Of a stretch of 64,000 bases of DNA, positions 61,540 through 64,000 are shown one piece after another. Numbering within the stretch: position 1 is the stretch's first letter; each line of letters opens with the position of its first letter. This DNA is from Candidatus Cloacimonadales bacterium (GTDB lineage: Bacteria > Cloacimonadota > Cloacimonadia > Cloacimonadales > JAFGVF01), in assembly GCA_963662585.1 (NCBI GenBank), contig OY759729.1, forward strand, positions 1-64,000, written 5' to 3'. Under the pieces are notes generated by a model that was given only the letters and a program-made list of their open reading frames with translations, did not search any database and had not been told where the DNA came from. Both the position numbers and the translations under genes were made by a program.

Positions 61540-62760
61540 ATGATTAAAAATTTAGATGCTATTCTCTCTACTAATGTAAAACGCATGAAGCGTTCTGCTA
61601 TCAGAGAACTACTAAAATTAGTCAATAATCCTGATATTATCTCTTTTGCAGGTGGATTACCTGCTCCAGAGTCCTTCCCGATTGATGAACTAAAAGAGAT
61701 CACATTAGAAGTTCTAGAACAAGATGGAGCCCAAGTACTCCAATATGGAGCAACTGAAGGTGATCCTCTTTTAAGAGAACAATTAGTTAAAATGTATGTT
61801 GAAACTGGTCACGATGTTACAATTGATAATTTAATCATTACAACCGCATCTCAACAGGCTTTAGATCTAATTGCAAAAGTATTTATTACTCCAGGTGATA
61901 AGGTTATCGTAGGACTACCATCATATCTTGGTGGATTAAGCGCTTTCAATAGTTATGGTGCAGAAATGGTAGGAATTCCTTTAGATGAAAAAGGTATGAG
62001 ATCTGATCTTTTAGACAAAAAATTAGCTGAATTAAAGTTAAATAATGACCTCCCTAAATTCATTTATATTATTCCTGATTTCCAAAACCCTGCAGGTATT
62101 ACTATGCCTGAATGCAGAAGAAAAGAAATTATTGAGATAGCTCATAAATATGATATTCTTATTTTAGAAGATTCTCCTTACAGAGAATTAAGATTTGAAG
62201 GTGAACACCAAAAAACTATGTATCAGTTAGACGGTACAGAGCAAGTTATTATACTAGGAACCTTCTCAAAAATCTTTGCTCCTGGTTTTAGAATTGGTTG
62301 GGTTTTAGGTAATTCTCAAGTACTTGACAAGATAGTTGTTGCTAAACAAGCTACTGATTTATGTACACCTCCTTTTACCCAAAGAATTGCGGCACGCTAC
62401 CTTGAAAAAGGTTTGCTTAAGCAGAATGTTAAGAAAATTATAAAAATGTATAGTGCAAAAAAAGATATTATGATGGATGCTTTAGAAGCAAATATGCCTG
62501 AAGGGGTTACTTGGACAAAATCTGAAGGTGGATTATTCACATTAATGACTCTTCCTGAATATATTGATACTAACGAGTTAATTAAAACAGCTATCAAAGA
62601 AGAAAATGTTGCCTTTGTTGCTGGTTCATCTTTCTACTGCGATGGTGGCGGTACTAATACATTGCGTTTAAATTTCTCTTACGCTTCCGAAGAAAAGAAC
62701 TTAGAAGGTGTAAGAAGATTAGCCAATGTTATCAAAAAAGAAATAAATAAACATAAATAA
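61540..62760 (+). CDS. PLP aminotransferase (LysN/MocR-like, 2-aminoadipate or aromatic type)
   Basis: SAIRELLK, ISFAGGLP, PDFQNPAG, EDSPY, GTFSKIFAPGFRIGW. Start placed at 61540 after GGGGGA. Confidence 0.88.
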   Translation: MIKNLDAILSTNVKRMKRSAIRELLKLVNNPDIISFAGGLPAPESFPIDELKEITLEVLEQDGAQVLQYGATEGDPLLREQLVKMYVETGHDVTIDNLIITTASQQALDLIAKVFITPGDKVIVGLPSYLGGLSAFNSYGAEMVGIPLDEKGMRSDLLDKKLAELKLNNDLPKFIYIIPDFQNPAGITMPECRRKEIIEIAHKYDILILEDSPYRELRFEGEHQKTMYQLDGTEQVIILGTFSKIFAPGFRIGWVLGNSQVLDKIVVAKQATDLCTPPFTQRIAARYLEKGLLKQNVKKIIKMYSAKKDIMMDALEANMPEGVTWTKSEGGLFTLMTLPEYIDTNELIKTAIKEENVAFVAGSSFYCDGGGTNTLRLNFSYASEEKNLEGVRRLANVIKKEINKHK

Positions 62761-62771
62761 GGAGTCGTGCT

Positions 62772-62975
62772 ATGGCAAGAATGACAGTCAATCCTAAATA
62801 TTGTAAGGGTTGTGGACTATGTATTGCAGCGTGCCCTAAGAAAATCATTAGATTTTCTGTGAATATTAATGAAAAAGGTTATAATTATGCTGAATGTTTT
62901 GATCAAGAAGCATGTATTGCCTGTAAATTATGCTACACAACCTGTCCGGATGTAGCGATAACTATCGAAAAATAA
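62772..62975 (+). CDS. 2x[4Fe-4S] ferredoxin subunit of 2-oxoacid oxidoreductase
   Basis: CKGCGLCIAACP and CIACKLCYTTCPD; upstream of vorB. Confidence 0.9.
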   Translation: MARMTVNPKYCKGCGLCIAACPKKIIRFSVNINEKGYNYAECFDQEACIACKLCYTTCPDVAITIEK

Positions 62976-62985
62976 GGAGAGGAAA

Positions 62986-64000
62986 ATGGCAAAAGTTTTA
63001 ATGAAAGGTAATGAGGCGGTTGCAGAAGCTGCTATAAGATCAGGTTGCAGATTATATTTTGCTTACCCTATAACTCCTCAAAGTGAGTTAATTGAATATA
63101 TGGCCCGCATGATGCCTAAGGTTGATGGTGTATTCCTTCAAGCTGAAAGTGAAGTTGCTGCTATAAATATGGTTTATGGTGCAGCTGGTGCAGGAAGAAG
63201 AGTTATGACCTCTTCATCTTCACCTGGAATTTCCCTAAAAATGGAAGGAATTTCCTATATTGCTGGTGCAAATTTACCTGCTGTTATAGTTAATGTACAG
63301 CGTGGTGGACCTGGACTTGGTGATATCCAACCTGCTCAAGGTGATTATTTCCAAGCTACTAAGGGTGGCGGACATGGCGATTATCACACAATCGTTTTAG
63401 CACCTGCTTCAGTTCAAGAATTTGCTGATATGGCAAGTGAAGCTTTTGAATTAGCAGACAACTATAGAATCCCTGTTATGATTCTTTCAGATGGTATGTT
63501 AGGTCAAATGATGGAACCTGTTGAATTCAAAGATCCTGTAACTGATGAAGAGTTAGCTGTAATGGATAAGCGTCATAAAGATTGGTGTATTCATCCAAAA
63601 GAAGAGGGCGAAGCTCCTCATCACAATGAGATTAACTCTTTAGAAATCGATCCAAGTGTTTTAGAACAACATGTTATGGATTTAGATAAGAAGTACAAGC
63701 TTATTGAATCAAAAGAGATTAAAGTAGAAGAATACAATATAAATGATGATAATGAAATGGTATGTGTTGCTTTTGGAACTGCTTCTAGAATAGTTCGTTC
63801 TGCAATTGACCAGCTTAATGCTGAAGGTAAAAATATCGGATTAATCAGACCTATCACTGTATGGCCTTATCCTTATGCAACTATTGCTAATGCACTACAT
63901 GATAAAGTGAAAAAAGTTATGGTCTTTGAACTTAACTTAGGTCAGATGGTTGAAGATGTTAAGCTAGCAGTAAATGGCAAGTTACCGGTAGAATTCTTTG
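62986..64000 (+). CDS. vorB: 2-oxoacid:ferredoxin oxidoreductase alpha-type subunit (VorB-like), 3'-truncated by window; missing from ORF track
   Basis: Manual translation: MAKVLMKGNEAVAEAA..YPITPQSE..QAESEVAAINMVYGA..TSSSSPG..QRGGPGLG; AGGAGAGG RBS. Confidence 0.88.
   Translation, partial: MAKVLMKGNEAVAEAAIRSGCRLYFAYPITPQSELIEYMARMMPKVDGVFLQAESEVAAINMVYGAAGAGRRVMTSSSSPGISLKMEGISYIAGANLPAVIVNVQRGGPGLGDIQPAQGDYFQATKGGGHGDYHTIVLAPASVQEFADMASEAFELADNYRIPVMILSDGMLGQMMEPVEFKDPVTDEELAVMDKRHKDWCIHPKEEGEAPHHNEINSLEIDPSVLEQHVMDLDKKYKLIESKEIKVEEYNINDDNEMVCVAFGTASRIVRSAIDQLNAEGKNIGLIRPITVWPYPYATIANALHDKVKKVMVFELNLGQMVEDVKLAVNGKLPVEFF

Noticed and set aside
943..63857. Short antisense or alternate-frame ORFs in the track (e.g. 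943-1200, 27129-27422, 29698-30048, 54322-54726, 63621-63857)
   Set aside because: They overlap well-supported genes and show no motifs; shadow ORFs.

Overview
AT-rich bacterial chromosomal window, with essentially all genes on the + strand. Gene content points to a diderm anaerobe (Cloacimonadota-like is my inference, not verified). In order: (1) the 3' part of methylmalonyl-CoA mutase, meaB and rimO; (2) a complete type I-B CRISPR-Cas locus (cas6-cas8b-cas7-cas5-cas3-cas1-cas2-cas4) with a likely hidden in-frame cas11 and an array of 87 repeats / 86 spacers (37-bp repeat, counted by hand); (3) a 3-kb unannotated repeat field fused to the truncated last CRISPR repeat, made of 12 two-hairpin ~75-bp units (8 forward, 4 inverted) on a ~218/~352-bp lattice, each inverted unit followed by a stub of an IS200-like HUH transposase gene; (4) a ~20-kb purine catabolism cluster (guaD, xdhAB, ssnA, ygeY, hydantoinase, second Mo-hydroxylase, ygeW, Moco helpers) that resembles the 2,8-dioxopurine/urate pathway but has a DPYD-like PreT-PreA fusion where ygfK is expected and two non-DpaL PLP enzymes; (5) a hybrid kinase, PPi-type phosphofructokinase, a ChaN pair, psuG next to a glycosyltransferase-Ppx-like fusion, aminotransferases, dapD, a SpoVG-like gene, hflX, and the start of a Vor 2-oxoacid oxidoreductase operon. 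All calls come from motif recognition by eye; no database searches were run.
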